The notes: generated from the sequence alone by a model not told the origin. DNA of 64,000 nucleotides from Patescibacteria group bacterium (GCA_019752595.1 JAIELV010000001.1:378551-442550), one strand, 5' to 3'. Counted from the stretch's first letter, positions 21,233-30,311 are shown. A program made the numbers and translations.

Positions 21233-21348
21233 ATACATGAACTCAAGCGAGCAAACTGCTTTGCTCGCGTCTGGAGAATCGAAGGTGGTTGAGCATATGA
21301 GTGAGCAATACGAATGCGAAACCCGTACTGCTTCTGTAAGAAGCGATT

Positions 21349-21366
21349 CTCCGTGGGGTCACAAAG
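21349..21366 (+). repeat. 18-bp duplicate of the tRNA-Glu 3' end (CGATTCTCCGTGGGGTCA)
   Basis: Exact copy of tRNA-Glu 3' end 21182-21199, about 150 bp downstream. Followed by a long hairpin at 21363-21409. Confidence 0.8.
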
Positions 21367-21570
21367 TACAAAAAGCCGCCAAGCAGTTGGCGGCTTTTTG
21401 TACTTTGTGACGGACGGAGGCATGTTTTGTCAGCAGACAAAACAGCTGAGGCGGGGCAGAGAACACTTAGTATTTTACTCCCCCTGGGAGTAGAATACTT
21501 AGTGATTCGTGACCACTTTTTCTGCAATTGAAGAATGAAAACCGCCTCAAAAAACCATCGAATCTACACA

Positions 21571-21894
21571 ATGAGCGTCGCGCGCGTATACCCTTTGTAC
21601 ATTACAAAAGTAAAGAAAAAAGGACGCACAAAAGCTGAAGTTGATGAAGTCACTCGCTGGCTTACGGGGTATACGCAAAAACAACTCGAGGTGCATTTAA
21701 AAAAACAAACTGATTTCAAAACCTTCTTTGCGAAAGCGAAAATAAACCCCTCGCGAAAATTAATTAACGGCGTTGTGTGCGGCGTTCGCGTCGAAGACAT
21801 CAAAGAGCCCACTATGCAGGCTATACGCTATTTGGATAAACTTGTCGACGAACTAGCCAAAGGCAGACCGATAGAAAAAATCCTTCGAAAGTAA
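21571..21894 (+). CDS. small conserved hypothetical protein (DUF2200-like)
   Basis: About 108 aa starting [21 protein letters not shown]. The N-terminal pattern recalls the DUF2200 family. Family assignment is from memory. Confidence 0.45.
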   Translation: MSVARVYPLYITKVKKKGRTKAEVDEVTRWLTGYTQKQLEVHLKKQTDFKTFFAKAKINPSRKLINGVVCGVRVEDIKEPTMQAIRYLDKLVDELAKGRPIEKILRK

Positions 21895-21998
21895 ACTTTA
21901 CACTTTGAGCTAAGGGTATCCGAAAACACTCGAACGTAATTGCCAATTAGTTATTTACACCTTATCAAAGAAAAGAAAAGAAAAGAAATAATTTTAGC

Positions 21999-22214
21999 CT
22001 ACTGTTCAGAGCGGGCAGATTGAAGCCATGTGCGGAACAAATCAATCTTTCCCTGCTCTAGAGATAACACCTTCCCTGGCGTAAACGATTTTGCATATAC
22101 AACATCTTGTGAGGCGCCTACAAACACCCCCTGGACGGCATCAAATATATGTTTGCCGAATTGAAAGGCACGTATTCCTTGAATATCAGACACTCGAATA
22201 TACTCACCCGCCAT
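21999..22214 (-). CDS. hypothetical small protein
   Basis: 71-aa ORF with no motif. Confidence 0.25.
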   Translation of the reverse strand: MAGEYIRVSDIQGIRAFQFGKHIFDAVQGVFVGASQDVVYAKSFTPGKVLSLEQGKIDLFRTWLQSARSEQ

Positions 22215-22320
22215 ACACCCATTTAACTACTTTTCGGCAATCACGCAACAATTTCAGTAGTATTACAAACCGACGATTTTAACACTAGAAGAAATTTGCC
22301 TGCCCATAAGTGATACCATA

Positions 22321-22767
22321 ATGCATATGAACGAGACCGACTGGCAGACCCCTGATTTTATGAAGAAAAAGAATATCCCTCACTATTATGGTGATTCGGT
22401 GCGCAACATGTTTATTGCGTCCGCCGTAATCTACGCAATCGCGCTTCCCCTGTTTGGCAGCCTCTTACCCCTTAGTGTGTACGTCGGTATCGGTATCGTG
22501 CTTCTTCTGGTATTCCTTGCGGGTATCACGAACCCACACTCGCAGATACTCATGTTCATAAACGCGGGCGTTGCAGGGATTGGAGTCTATCTCATGCAGA
22601 CTGCCGCAATTTCTGGGTTCGGAGTAGATTCCACTGCTCTTTTCGTACTTCGCCAAATGGTCGTTATTCTATTATTGATAGCTTTCTACGACGCCGTCAA
22701 AACCGCTCGAAACATGCTCATAGGAAAAATCGGAACCGCCCCACAACCAGGAGAGTTCAGTAAATAA
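22321..22767 (+). CDS. membrane protein (3-4 TM), hypothetical
   Basis: Hydrophobic helices. Alternative starts are at 22327 and 22360. Confidence 0.5.
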   Translation: MHMNETDWQTPDFMKKKNIPHYYGDSVRNMFIASAVIYAIALPLFGSLLPLSVYVGIGIVLLLVFLAGITNPHSQILMFINAGVAGIGVYLMQTAAISGFGVDSTALFVLRQMVVILLLIAFYDAVKTARNMLIGKIGTAPQPGEFSK

Positions 22768-22793
22768 AACGCGAAACGCGCGCGTTACTCTAT

Positions 22794-22883
22794 TTAGAAA
22801 ACCTGTCTTTTACGTACTGAAGAATTTGCTGTTTTGCATAGTCGCGAACCAATCCTGCAAGCTCTGCGCTGTCTATCATCTTT
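22794..22883 (-). CDS. 29-aa small ORF (MIDSAELAGLVRDYAKQQILQYVKDRFSK) with a strong SD
   Basis: GGAGGAAAG-ATG is the only strong Shine-Dalgarno I noticed in the window. It lies downstream of a near-consensus sigma70-like promoter at about 23075-23103 on the minus strand. Confidence 0.3.
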   Translation of the reverse strand, partial: KDDRQRRACRIGSRLCKTANSSVRKRQVF

Positions 22884-23074
22884 CCTCCGTCGTTTCGACG
22901 TAGTCGTAAATTACCTCGGGACCAGGATTCTATTACAAAACGAAACGTTATGTATTTTTGTTTATAGACAAACGTGACTACACACGCAATTTCGCTTGCG
23001 TCGTGTTCAATATGACTTTCTTACACGTTCAAAACTGGTGTTGGGCGTCGGCGCTCCCTTCTTTCTGCCATTTA

Positions 23075-23103
23075 TATATTATAGCAGAAAAAGTATAATT
23101 GTC
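23075..23103 (-). promoter_or_regulatory. near-consensus sigma70-type promoter (TTGACA-16 nt-TATAAT) reading leftward
   Basis: The minus strand reads TTGACAATTATACTTTTTCTGCTATAAT. Confidence 0.45.
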
Positions 23104-23653
23104 AAAGATTCCCTAGTACGGCTTCGGCGGGCACTGCTCCTTCTCTTAGAATAATAGGTTGAATTCCGCGCGCATCAACAACTGTTGAGGGTAGAGAGTC
23201 GGGCAACACACCCTCATCGATTACCTCCGTAATCATCCCCGCGCGCTCTGCAAATTGCGCACGTATTTCTTTCGGTGACGAAAGTGTCGGTTGGTCTGCA
23301 ACATTTGCTGAAGTTGCTGTTATCGGCTTCCCCAACTCACGCACGAGGCGCAGCGGCACGGGATGATTCGGAATACGAACACCCACAGTCCCCGTCCCCG
23401 CAGTCAGATTGTCAGGAAGATTTTTTGCTTTCAAAACAATAGTGAGTCTCCCAGGAAGAAATTTCACCGTAAGCTTCTCAGCAAGAGGTGTAACTTCAGC
23501 GTACTGACGCATCATTTCTATACCAGAAACAACAATAGAAATTGGCTTGTTCTCATTGCGTCCCTTTAATTCAAAAAGACGCGAAACAGCCTCGGCGTCG
23601 GTTGCATCAACACCAAGACCGTAGATCGTGTCGGTTGGATAAAGAACAATCAC
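23102..23653 (-). CDS. tsaC: L-threonylcarbamoyladenylate synthase (TsaC/YrdC)
   Basis: PTDTIYGLG and KGRxxxKP motifs, 183 aa. Confidence 0.85.
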   Translation of the reverse strand: MIVLYPTDTIYGLGVDATDAEAVSRLFELKGRNENKPISIVVSGIEMMRQYAEVTPLAEKLTVKFLPGRLTIVLKAKNLPDNLTAGTGTVGVRIPNHPVPLRLVRELGKPITATSANVADQPTLSSPKEIRAQFAERAGMITEVIDEGVLPDSLPSTVVDARGIQPIILREGAVPAEAVLGNL

Positions 23654-23658
23654 TGAAG

Positions 23659-23991
23659 TTAGTGCTTACGCGGTTCGTTGGGTGTGAATGACGCTGGAAT
23701 TGCGTGTGTTCCAGATTTCCATGTTTTCACTATTTCCCGCATCCTGGCATTCCACACACCGCGTCCACCTTTTCTGTGGCTTATGCCCTTTTGCTCCCCA
23801 TGGTCAGTCCTCAAATAACTTCCACCCTGCCGTTCTTTTCCGATAGAGGAAGCTGTTGCCATACCTCTATAAAGTGTACGCCCATCATTTGGGACGTCAA
23901 GAAAGGCGCAGTAGAACTGTGGGTTAATCTTCAGAAAGCCCATCTGACCAGATGTACGCAGGGTCCTTGCCCTCTCGGGGACCGAGTTCAC
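23659..23991 (-). CDS. hypothetical protein
   Basis: 110-aa ORF, basic and Gly-rich, no clear motif. Confidence 0.3.
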   Translation of the reverse strand: MNSVPERARTLRTSGQMGFLKINPQFYCAFLDVPNDGRTLYRGMATASSIGKERQGGSYLRTDHGEQKGISHRKGGRGVWNARMREIVKTWKSGTHAIPASFTPNEPRKH

Positions 23992-24221
23992 GCGGCGTAC
24001 ACCTAGGGAAGGAAAAAGCGTCTGTGATTGGAATTTGAAATGCAGCTTCTTCGATTAGAATTTTTGAAGCTGCCACGGGAGTGATTTTCGGCTCTCTTTG
24101 ATCAGCAGTTTTCCTCGTGCGTGTTCTTTTTCTATCGCGCTCTGTAGACATAAGTTTCGAATTCTAACCAAATACCACTGGGGTTGCAAGGAATTTTGTT
24201 GCACGATATTGTACAAACTTC

Positions 24222-24294
24222 GGGCGGTTAGCTCAGTTGGTAGAGCATTCCCTTGACGTGGGAAGGGTCACAGGTTCGAATCCTGTATCGCCCA
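24222..24294 (+). tRNA. tRNA-Val (anticodon GAC)
   Basis: Manual fold: GGGCGGT acceptor, D-arm GCTCAGTTGGTAGAGC, anticodon loop TTGACGT, T-arm ACAGGTTCGAATCCTGT. Confidence 0.9.
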
Positions 24295-24300
24295 CTCGAT

Positions 24301-24567
24301 ATGAATCTTGAAGAAATTGAAAAAGAGATCTCGGCAATTCAAGAACGTAATAAAAAAGTCGAGACTGATAAAGCGTGGGAGGTGAGCCTAGCACGCAAGA
24401 TCCTTATTGCGGTCATGACGTACGTAGTCGTGCTTCTCGCACTATTTGTAGTAGAGGCACCGAATCCTTACTTGAATGCGTTTGTGCCGAGCACGGGTTT
24501 TCTTCTTTCAACGCTTTCGCTACCCTGGTTTAAAAAGAAGTGGATAGAATCGCGTAAACAAAAATAG
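24301..24567 (+). CDS. small membrane protein, hypothetical
   Basis: ATG immediately after tRNA-Val. Coiled N-terminus plus TM helices. Confidence 0.4.
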   Translation: MNLEEIEKEISAIQERNKKVETDKAWEVSLARKILIAVMTYVVVLLALFVVEAPNPYLNAFVPSTGFLLSTLSLPWFKKKWIESRKQK

Positions 24568-24592
24568 CGGGTGTAGGATTTCTCCTATACCT

Positions 24593-25168
24593 GTGGATCT
24601 CGAAAAACAAAAACTCCTGGTTCCACGCGTCCCACGAAGAGCAGTACTTGCAGGTCTGTTATTGCCGCTTGTGAAAACGGTTCCTGCGACGCGTGAAGAA
24701 CGACAACGACTTGCTGAGCAAAATATTTCACACCTTCCTGAAATAGTGCTTGCCGATTTGCGCGCGCGAACTTCGGGGGTCGGAGAAACCCATTTCGGCG
24801 ACGAGCTTGCTGCAGGCAGATTCCTGGCGAGTGAAAACGAGCTCGGGAGAGAAGTGAGCGCTGCCATACTTGAGCTCCAGGGCGAGGGCGACCAAAAGAT
24901 AGCCCCTGATCTTGCAGAAGCACAGGTGTATTGGCTACTCAGAAATTCTGGGCATGGTCAAAGGCTGTCGCGTACAGAACGTGAAGCTATTGTTGCTCTT
25001 TCAAATTGGTGGCCTGAGATCTTTGAGCCGTATTACGACGACGGAGATGGTTCGCGCCGCACGCTTGTTGAAGAAATGCGAAACTACCCCTCGCTTCAAA
25101 GAGCTTTTGAAAGAAGCGGGCGTCAAGACATAGAAGTTGCCGACGCGAAATCCCGCTCATCCGACTAA
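24593..25168 (+). CDS. hypothetical protein (GTG start)
   Basis: 191-aa ORF with no motif. Confidence 0.45.
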   Translation: MDLEKQKLLVPRVPRRAVLAGLLLPLVKTVPATREERQRLAEQNISHLPEIVLADLRARTSGVGETHFGDELAAGRFLASENELGREVSAAILELQGEGDQKIAPDLAEAQVYWLLRNSGHGQRLSRTEREAIVALSNWWPEIFEPYYDDGDGSRRTLVEEMRNYPSLQRAFERSGRQDIEVADAKSRSSD

Positions 25169-25193
25169 AGTGCTATACTAAGTATAGCACTTT
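25167..25193. repeat. 27-bp perfect palindrome AAAGTGCTATACT-A-AGTATAGCACTTT, a family member of 2573-2601
   Basis: Sits between the convergent 3' ends of the 24593 ORF and orn. Confidence 0.8.
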
Positions 25194-25203
25194 GCGTGGG
25201 CAC

Positions 25204-25767
25204 TTAGAGGGAAAGGAGTTTGGTGCGGTAGTATTTCAACTCCTCAATAGAGCGAAGAATATCTTCTTTCGCGCGATGCGCTTTCTCCCCTTTCATGTTT
25301 TGCCACTCGTCATACAGCTCAGGTTTCCACCTGCGTGCAAGTTCTTTCAGAGTTGAAACATCAATGTTTCTATAAAACAGGTGGTCATACACCGTCGGCA
25401 TTTGTGCTTTCAAAAACATTCTATCCATGTGTACAGAATTTCCGCACAGTGGGGCTGTTCCTGCTTCTGCGTGTTCAGAAATGAATGAGAACAATTCTTT
25501 TTCTGCTTCAGCGAGGGTCACGACGCTTGCAACAGACGCTTCTAAAACTCCGCTCTTTTCATGAAGCGCTTTCACTTCGGGAGTGATACGGTCAAATGCG
25601 CTTCTGTCCGCGTGGATTGTAATTTCAGGGCCTTCAGCAACAATGTTCAATTCTTTGTCGGTAATCACCGTTGCAACCTGAATAATTTGATCCGTATTCA
25701 CATCTGCCAAGGACGTCATTTCAACATCCATCCATACCCACAGGTCGCTTCGTGTATGCATATTCAT
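25204..25767 (-). CDS. orn: oligoribonuclease (DEDDh 3'-5' exonuclease)
   Basis: WMDVEMTSL exo I motif and H-x4-D exo III motif, about 187 aa. Confidence 0.85.
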   Translation of the reverse strand: MNMHTRSDLWVWMDVEMTSLADVNTDQIIQVATVITDKELNIVAEGPEITIHADRSAFDRITPEVKALHEKSGVLEASVASVVTLAEAEKELFSFISEHAEAGTAPLCGNSVHMDRMFLKAQMPTVYDHLFYRNIDVSTLKELARRWKPELYDEWQNMKGEKAHRAKEDILRSIEELKYYRTKLLSL

Positions 25768-25833
25768 ATCAGGAAACAGTGTAGCGTACCTCGCCGTTTT
25801 TTACACAACAACTACCAATACCATATCACACCT

Positions 25834-25867
25834 ATGTCACTATGTTACCATGGTAACATAGTGACAT
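25834..25867. promoter_or_regulatory. 34-bp perfect palindrome ATGTCACTATGTTACCATGGTAACATAGTGACAT upstream of orn
   Basis: Seen in sequence in the orn 5' region. Confidence 0.6.
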
Positions 25868-25923
25868 ATATACACGCCACACATTCCGCATGTAAATACT
25901 AGACAATTTAAATACTGTGTAAT

Positions 25924-26577
25924 TTAAATAATATGCAAAAGCTCGGGAAGCACACTCACCTGCTTCCATGCAGCCCCCCTCAATTCCTCTGTGCCATTAC
26001 CAACAAGCACCCCGCGTCCCGTATACCGAAAACCCTCAATATCATTAATTGAATCTCCTACAAACAGTATTTCTTCTGGCTTCGCACCCACTTTATCGCC
26101 GAAGTCCTTGAGAGCTCTTACTTTCGCCTGAAGCTCGTCAGAATCTTCGTTATACGCAATTCCAGAAAACACACCGTCCGTATACACAAACGATGTGTAT
26201 GAATACGCATGCTGTATGCCAAGCGCTTCGGCTACAGAACGTACGTAATCTGTGAGTCCTGAAGAAATGACGGCGAGAGGGTATTTTTTTAGAAGAACAT
26301 CGGCGACCTCTTTCGCACCTGGAAGCAGTCGGAAGTTTTTAAAAACACTGTCTGCCTGCTCTTTCGTAATGCCTGGTGTTTTTTTAAGATACAAATCCGC
26401 CATCATGTCGGTTACTGCACGAAAAGAAAGTGCGCCATCGACATACAGTCTGTGCAACCGCACATTGTCTTCGCGGGACAAACCGAAAAGCACGTGCAAT
26501 TCCTCCCACACATAAGAATCAATAAGAGTGCCGTCAACGTCAAACGCGACGGCTTTGATAGCAGGCATTTCTCCCAT
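25924..26577 (-). CDS. HAD-superfamily hydrolase
   Basis: FDVDGTL motif I, and motif IV GDSxND. Confidence 0.8.
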   Translation of the reverse strand: MGEMPAIKAVAFDVDGTLIDSYVWEELHVLFGLSREDNVRLHRLYVDGALSFRAVTDMMADLYLKKTPGITKEQADSVFKNFRLLPGAKEVADVLLKKYPLAVISSGLTDYVRSVAEALGIQHAYSYTSFVYTDGVFSGIAYNEDSDELQAKVRALKDFGDKVGAKPEEILFVGDSINDIEGFRYTGRGVLVGNGTEELRGAAWKQVSVLPELLHII

Positions 26578-26582
26578 AAAAA

Positions 26583-26792
26583 TTAATCGTCCTCTTCTTC
26601 AGCGTAACGTCCTCGCAATACATCGTGTGCAGTAGCGCGCCATGCTTGCCTTCCAGCCCTTGTCGCAGCACGACCGTCAGCAGCTTTCCACTTTGCTTCC
26701 GCTTTCTTCCCTATCTTCCTTTTTCGCGGACTCACCTCTCCATCCTTCGGTGCCTCGCCTTCCCCTGCCTCTAAATGCGTGAAGTCTGCCAT
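26583..26792 (-). CDS. small basic protein, hypothetical
   Basis: 69 aa, Lys/Arg-rich, operonic with the HAD hydrolase. Confidence 0.35.
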   Translation of the reverse strand: MADFTHLEAGEGEAPKDGEVSPRKRKIGKKAEAKWKAADGRAATRAGRQAWRATAHDVLRGRYAEEEDD

Positions 26793-26845
26793 GATGATTC
26801 AAAAGTTACTGAATGATATAGTACCCACTGAAACCACTGATTGCA

Positions 26846-28006
26846 ATGAAAATCCTAGCTATAGAAACCAGCTGCGACGAAACTGCAGCAACCATCCTTG
26901 AAGGCTCGGGGGACGTCAAAAACGCACACTTTAAAATCCTCGGAAATGCTCTTCTCTCACAGGCTGATCTTCACGCTGCATACGGGGGCGTATACCCTAA
27001 CCTCGCGAAACGCGAGCATCAGTTAAACCTTGTTCCGCTCACACTTCGCGCGCTCACTGAAGCGGGGTTGTACGAAAAAGAAGAAGGCATTACCCCGTCG
27101 CAAGAAGAAGCGTTGAATGAAGTGCGCGAACAAGGTTTTAAAGATGCAATAAAAAACTTCCTGTACGAAGTAAAAACCCCTGAGATAGATTTAATTGCGG
27201 TTACACATGGTCCAGGCCTTGAGCCTGCGTTGTGGACAGGTATCAGTTTCGCATCAGCTATCGGGAAAGCGTGGAACATTCCTGTGATGGGAATCGACCA
27301 CATGGAAGGACATATTGTTTCTGCGCTTTTAGAACCCGTCGACAAAGGTTATTCGCTTCGCCCACCGAAATTGCCTCTCCTCTCGCTTTTGATTTCAGGC
27401 GGACACACTGAATTCGTCCTTATGGAAGAGTGGTTTGTGTATGAAAGAATTGGCGAAACCAAAGACGACGCTGTGGGCGAAGCATTTGATAAAGTCGCTC
27501 GCCTCTTGAATCTTGCCTATCCAGGCGGGCCGCAAATCGCGGCGCTTGCGGCCCGCTCGCGAGCACGCGACAAAAACGACATTATTTTTCCTCGCCCCAT
27601 GGCGACTGACGCGACCTGTGATTTTTCTTTCTCTGGGTTGAAAACAGCAGTGATGTACAAACTTCAAAAGATGGACAAAATTAGCGAAGAAGACAAAGAG
27701 CACATCGCGCACGCATTTGAAGACGCGGTGCGCGATGTGCTCGTCATCAAAACCCGCCGTGCACTCACCGAAAAAATGCCTGGCTCATTCCTAATCGGTG
27801 GCGGTGTGTCGGCAAACGACCTCGTTCGTCGTGGACTGGTGGATTTAGTACAAAAGGATTTCACGGACACCGAAGTATTTCTCCCTGAAAAAGAATTGAC
27901 GGGCGACAACGCCATTATGATAGGTGTAGCTGCATACCTCCGCGCCTCTTCAGGCAGGAAACCACAAGGACCGCTTTTTGCATCGGGCTCCCTGCGACTC
28001 TCTTAA
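26846..28006 (+). CDS. tsaD: tRNA N6-adenosine threonylcarbamoyltransferase TsaD/Kae1 family
   Basis: MKILAIETSCDETAA start, HxEGH metal motif (HMEGHIVS), 386 aa with an insert. Confidence 0.88.
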   Translation: MKILAIETSCDETAATILEGSGDVKNAHFKILGNALLSQADLHAAYGGVYPNLAKREHQLNLVPLTLRALTEAGLYEKEEGITPSQEEALNEVREQGFKDAIKNFLYEVKTPEIDLIAVTHGPGLEPALWTGISFASAIGKAWNIPVMGIDHMEGHIVSALLEPVDKGYSLRPPKLPLLSLLISGGHTEFVLMEEWFVYERIGETKDDAVGEAFDKVARLLNLAYPGGPQIAALAARSRARDKNDIIFPRPMATDATCDFSFSGLKTAVMYKLQKMDKISEEDKEHIAHAFEDAVRDVLVIKTRRALTEKMPGSFLIGGGVSANDLVRRGLVDLVQKDFTDTEVFLPEKELTGDNAIMIGVAAYLRASSGRKPQGPLFASGSLRLS

Positions 28007-28009
28007 AAT

Positions 28010-29113
28010 TTATACAACCAAAAGTGCTCCTGGGAACAGCATTTGCCCGAGCGCTAAAACGCCGACCATCAAAAAGAGTAAAAGAAAACCAAGCGCTACA
28101 TTTGCAGGGTGCTGGCGTTTCATTTCTATAAAAATCATCAACACGAGCCCAATCGCAATAATCGTTGCAAGTACTATGTACACCGACTGCGCCACAGATT
28201 TAGGCGACGTAACAAGCTTCTGAATAAAAGGCATACCTGCGTCCGTTGTAGCAAGAGCAATCAAATCTGAAGTCGTCGCTGCTTCAGCTCTCACGGCTAT
28301 GAACGTGTCGTCATTTAACACAATAGACGGTTCTTCTTGTTCAATGTGATCATGGTCAACGCCGTGTTTTTCTTCACCAGCGACTTCTGCACCATGTGCG
28401 TCTTCAACTGTAGCCCCCTTCACAGCAACAGGCGCGCTCGGAAGCGTGCTTGATGCAGTTTTTGGCAGGGTTGGAGTTGGTTTCGGAATCGTGGTCGCCT
28501 TCGTTACGCTCGTCGGAAATGTACTGAAAGTAGATGCGGGTGAGCCGAACATTTGCACCACGAAAACAGTTGGACGCCCTTCAAACACTCCCTCGGCAAC
28601 GCCGATACCGATTTCGGTAAAGTGCGAGTTCAGAATGTTTGCGCGATGCCCTGGCGAATCCATCCATGCCTTAACGACGTCCACGGAATCGTAGAAACGA
28701 ACTGCAAGATTTTCACCTGCATACACAAAGTTGTAGCCCGCGGTTTTAAACCAGTGCCAGGGCGTAAGTCCTTCGGGTGAATTGTGTGCAAAATACCCTT
28801 TCGACGCCATGTCTTCTGCTTTCAGTTGTGCTGCGCGCTCCAACACAGGATTTACTCTCAAAGAAAGGAGTTCGTTTTGTGCACGGTCAATGTTCGTCAA
28901 TTCAACCACTGCGGAAGAAATAACTGCCGCTAGGTAATCAGTATTTTCAAGAATCGCGCGTTGCAAAAGCAGCGTTCCTAAACCGACGATTGCAATGAGT
29001 GCGCCGACCGCGAGAACCGCTTTCACGCGGAAAAAATGCGGCTTGTATTCGTTATCCGAATGCGGGATGAAAGAATCGCGTATTTCGCTGACTATTCTTT
29101 CTAAAAAGTTCAT
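28010..29113 (-). CDS. membrane-anchored CAP/SCP (PR-1-like) domain protein
   Basis: N-terminal TM helix, CAP-domain motifs (GYFAHNSPEG...GENLA...WMDSPGHRANIL), Thr/Pro-rich linker, C-terminal TM helices. Confidence 0.7.
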   Translation of the reverse strand: MNFLERIVSEIRDSFIPHSDNEYKPHFFRVKAVLAVGALIAIVGLGTLLLQRAILENTDYLAAVISSAVVELTNIDRAQNELLSLRVNPVLERAAQLKAEDMASKGYFAHNSPEGLTPWHWFKTAGYNFVYAGENLAVRFYDSVDVVKAWMDSPGHRANILNSHFTEIGIGVAEGVFEGRPTVFVVQMFGSPASTFSTFPTSVTKATTIPKPTPTLPKTASSTLPSAPVAVKGATVEDAHGAEVAGEEKHGVDHDHIEQEEPSIVLNDDTFIAVRAEAATTSDLIALATTDAGMPFIQKLVTSPKSVAQSVYIVLATIIAIGLVLMIFIEMKRQHPANVALGFLLLFLMVGVLALGQMLFPGALLVV

Positions 29114-29221
29114 ACTTTATTATACCACGGGAAAATCTATTTTGCAAGTGCTCCCACTACTTCTAGGGTATCACGAAAAAAACCGCCTAGAATGGCGGTT
29201 TTTCTGTCATCTGGAAGATAT

Positions 29222-29755
29222 TTATTCGCCTCTCTCTCCAAGGAGGTCAACCTGTGCGCCTTCTAGTGGTGCCGTGGAAACAGTAGTCACTTCAACGCGG
29301 CGCGGACGTGCAGGGAGCCTGAATTCACCGACAACACGTCTGCGAGAAACTCCATCACCACCTACTACGTTTTCGTAACGCGCAGTAACGGAACGTGGAA
29401 GTGTTGCAAAGGGGTCTGAAGAGTGGACAGGGTTTGCAGCAAGAGCACGTGCCTCGGCGTCGCGTTCAGCCTGCATTTCTACAAAACCCTGAATAATTCG
29501 CGCGTCAACTTGAGCTGCGGTTTCGACAGGAATTGCTGGCGTTACTTCGCGAATAATACCTGCTTTCTCTCGTGGTGCGCGCGCTGCATCAACCATCCGA
29601 GATACTGAAAAACCTTCTACAAAATTGCGATATATAGGATTCTGCTGAATTGCATATCCGGTCGCCAACAGCAAGAGCGCTGACGCAGTAAGCATGCTTC
29701 TCGAGTGTGGACGTGAAGCGGTGACGATAGTTGCTTCCATCATGTTTTTTGACAT
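29222..29755 (-). CDS. secreted hypothetical protein
   Basis: Signal-peptide-like N-terminus. Intrinsic terminator downstream at 29175-29206. Confidence 0.45.
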   Translation of the reverse strand: MSKNMMEATIVTASRPHSRSMLTASALLLLATGYAIQQNPIYRNFVEGFSVSRMVDAARAPREKAGIIREVTPAIPVETAAQVDARIIQGFVEMQAERDAEARALAANPVHSSDPFATLPRSVTARYENVVGGDGVSRRRVVGEFRLPARPRRVEVTTVSTAPLEGAQVDLLGERGE

Positions 29756-29861
29756 GCTTCGTATTATAACCCCTTTTTTAGAATATGCAAGCCCTCGGAT
29801 ATTCCAACAAAAAACCGCCCTTCGACAAGCTCAGGGCGGTTTTTGAATCGAGTGGAATCGA

Positions 29862-30311
29862 TTAACGAGTGACCTGGATGTCTGCTCCGCCGAGTTCAGT
29901 CTCGGTAGCAACTACAGTTACGCGATTATTTCCATCTTTCACTATTGAGTAAAGCGTCGTGTACGCTGAACTACAATCTGAAACAGCGCCCGCCGTAACG
30001 GTCGGATCAACAGGGAGAGAAGGGAGATAAGTCGGGACCAATGTTGCACAGAGGTCAATACCACCAGTCTTTGCAATAGTTGTCGTAGAAGTGGTTATTA
30101 CAGACGGTAGTGCACCTTTATTGTCTGCAATGTACTGACCCACGGCATTCAATATCGCATTCACATTTGAAGTTCTCTGACTGTTATTTGCCTGTGCAAA
30201 CTGGCGAGCCGGGTTGATAGCAACCAAAACGACACCTGCGAGAATCGCGATAATACCGATAACGATGAGGATTTCAATCAAAGTGAAACCTCGAACAGTT
30301 TTTTTCTTCAT
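29862..30311 (-). CDS. type IV pilin (prepilin-type N-terminal methylation motif), probable major pilin
   Basis: MKKKTVRGFTLIEILIVIGIIAILAG is the class III signal. Strong terminator downstream (29808-29845). Confidence 0.85.
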   Translation of the reverse strand: MKKKTVRGFTLIEILIVIGIIAILAGVVLVAINPARQFAQANNSQRTSNVNAILNAVGQYIADNKGALPSVITTSTTTIAKTGGIDLCATLVPTYLPSLPVDPTVTAGAVSDCSSAYTTLYSIVKDGNNRVTVVATETELGGADIQVTR

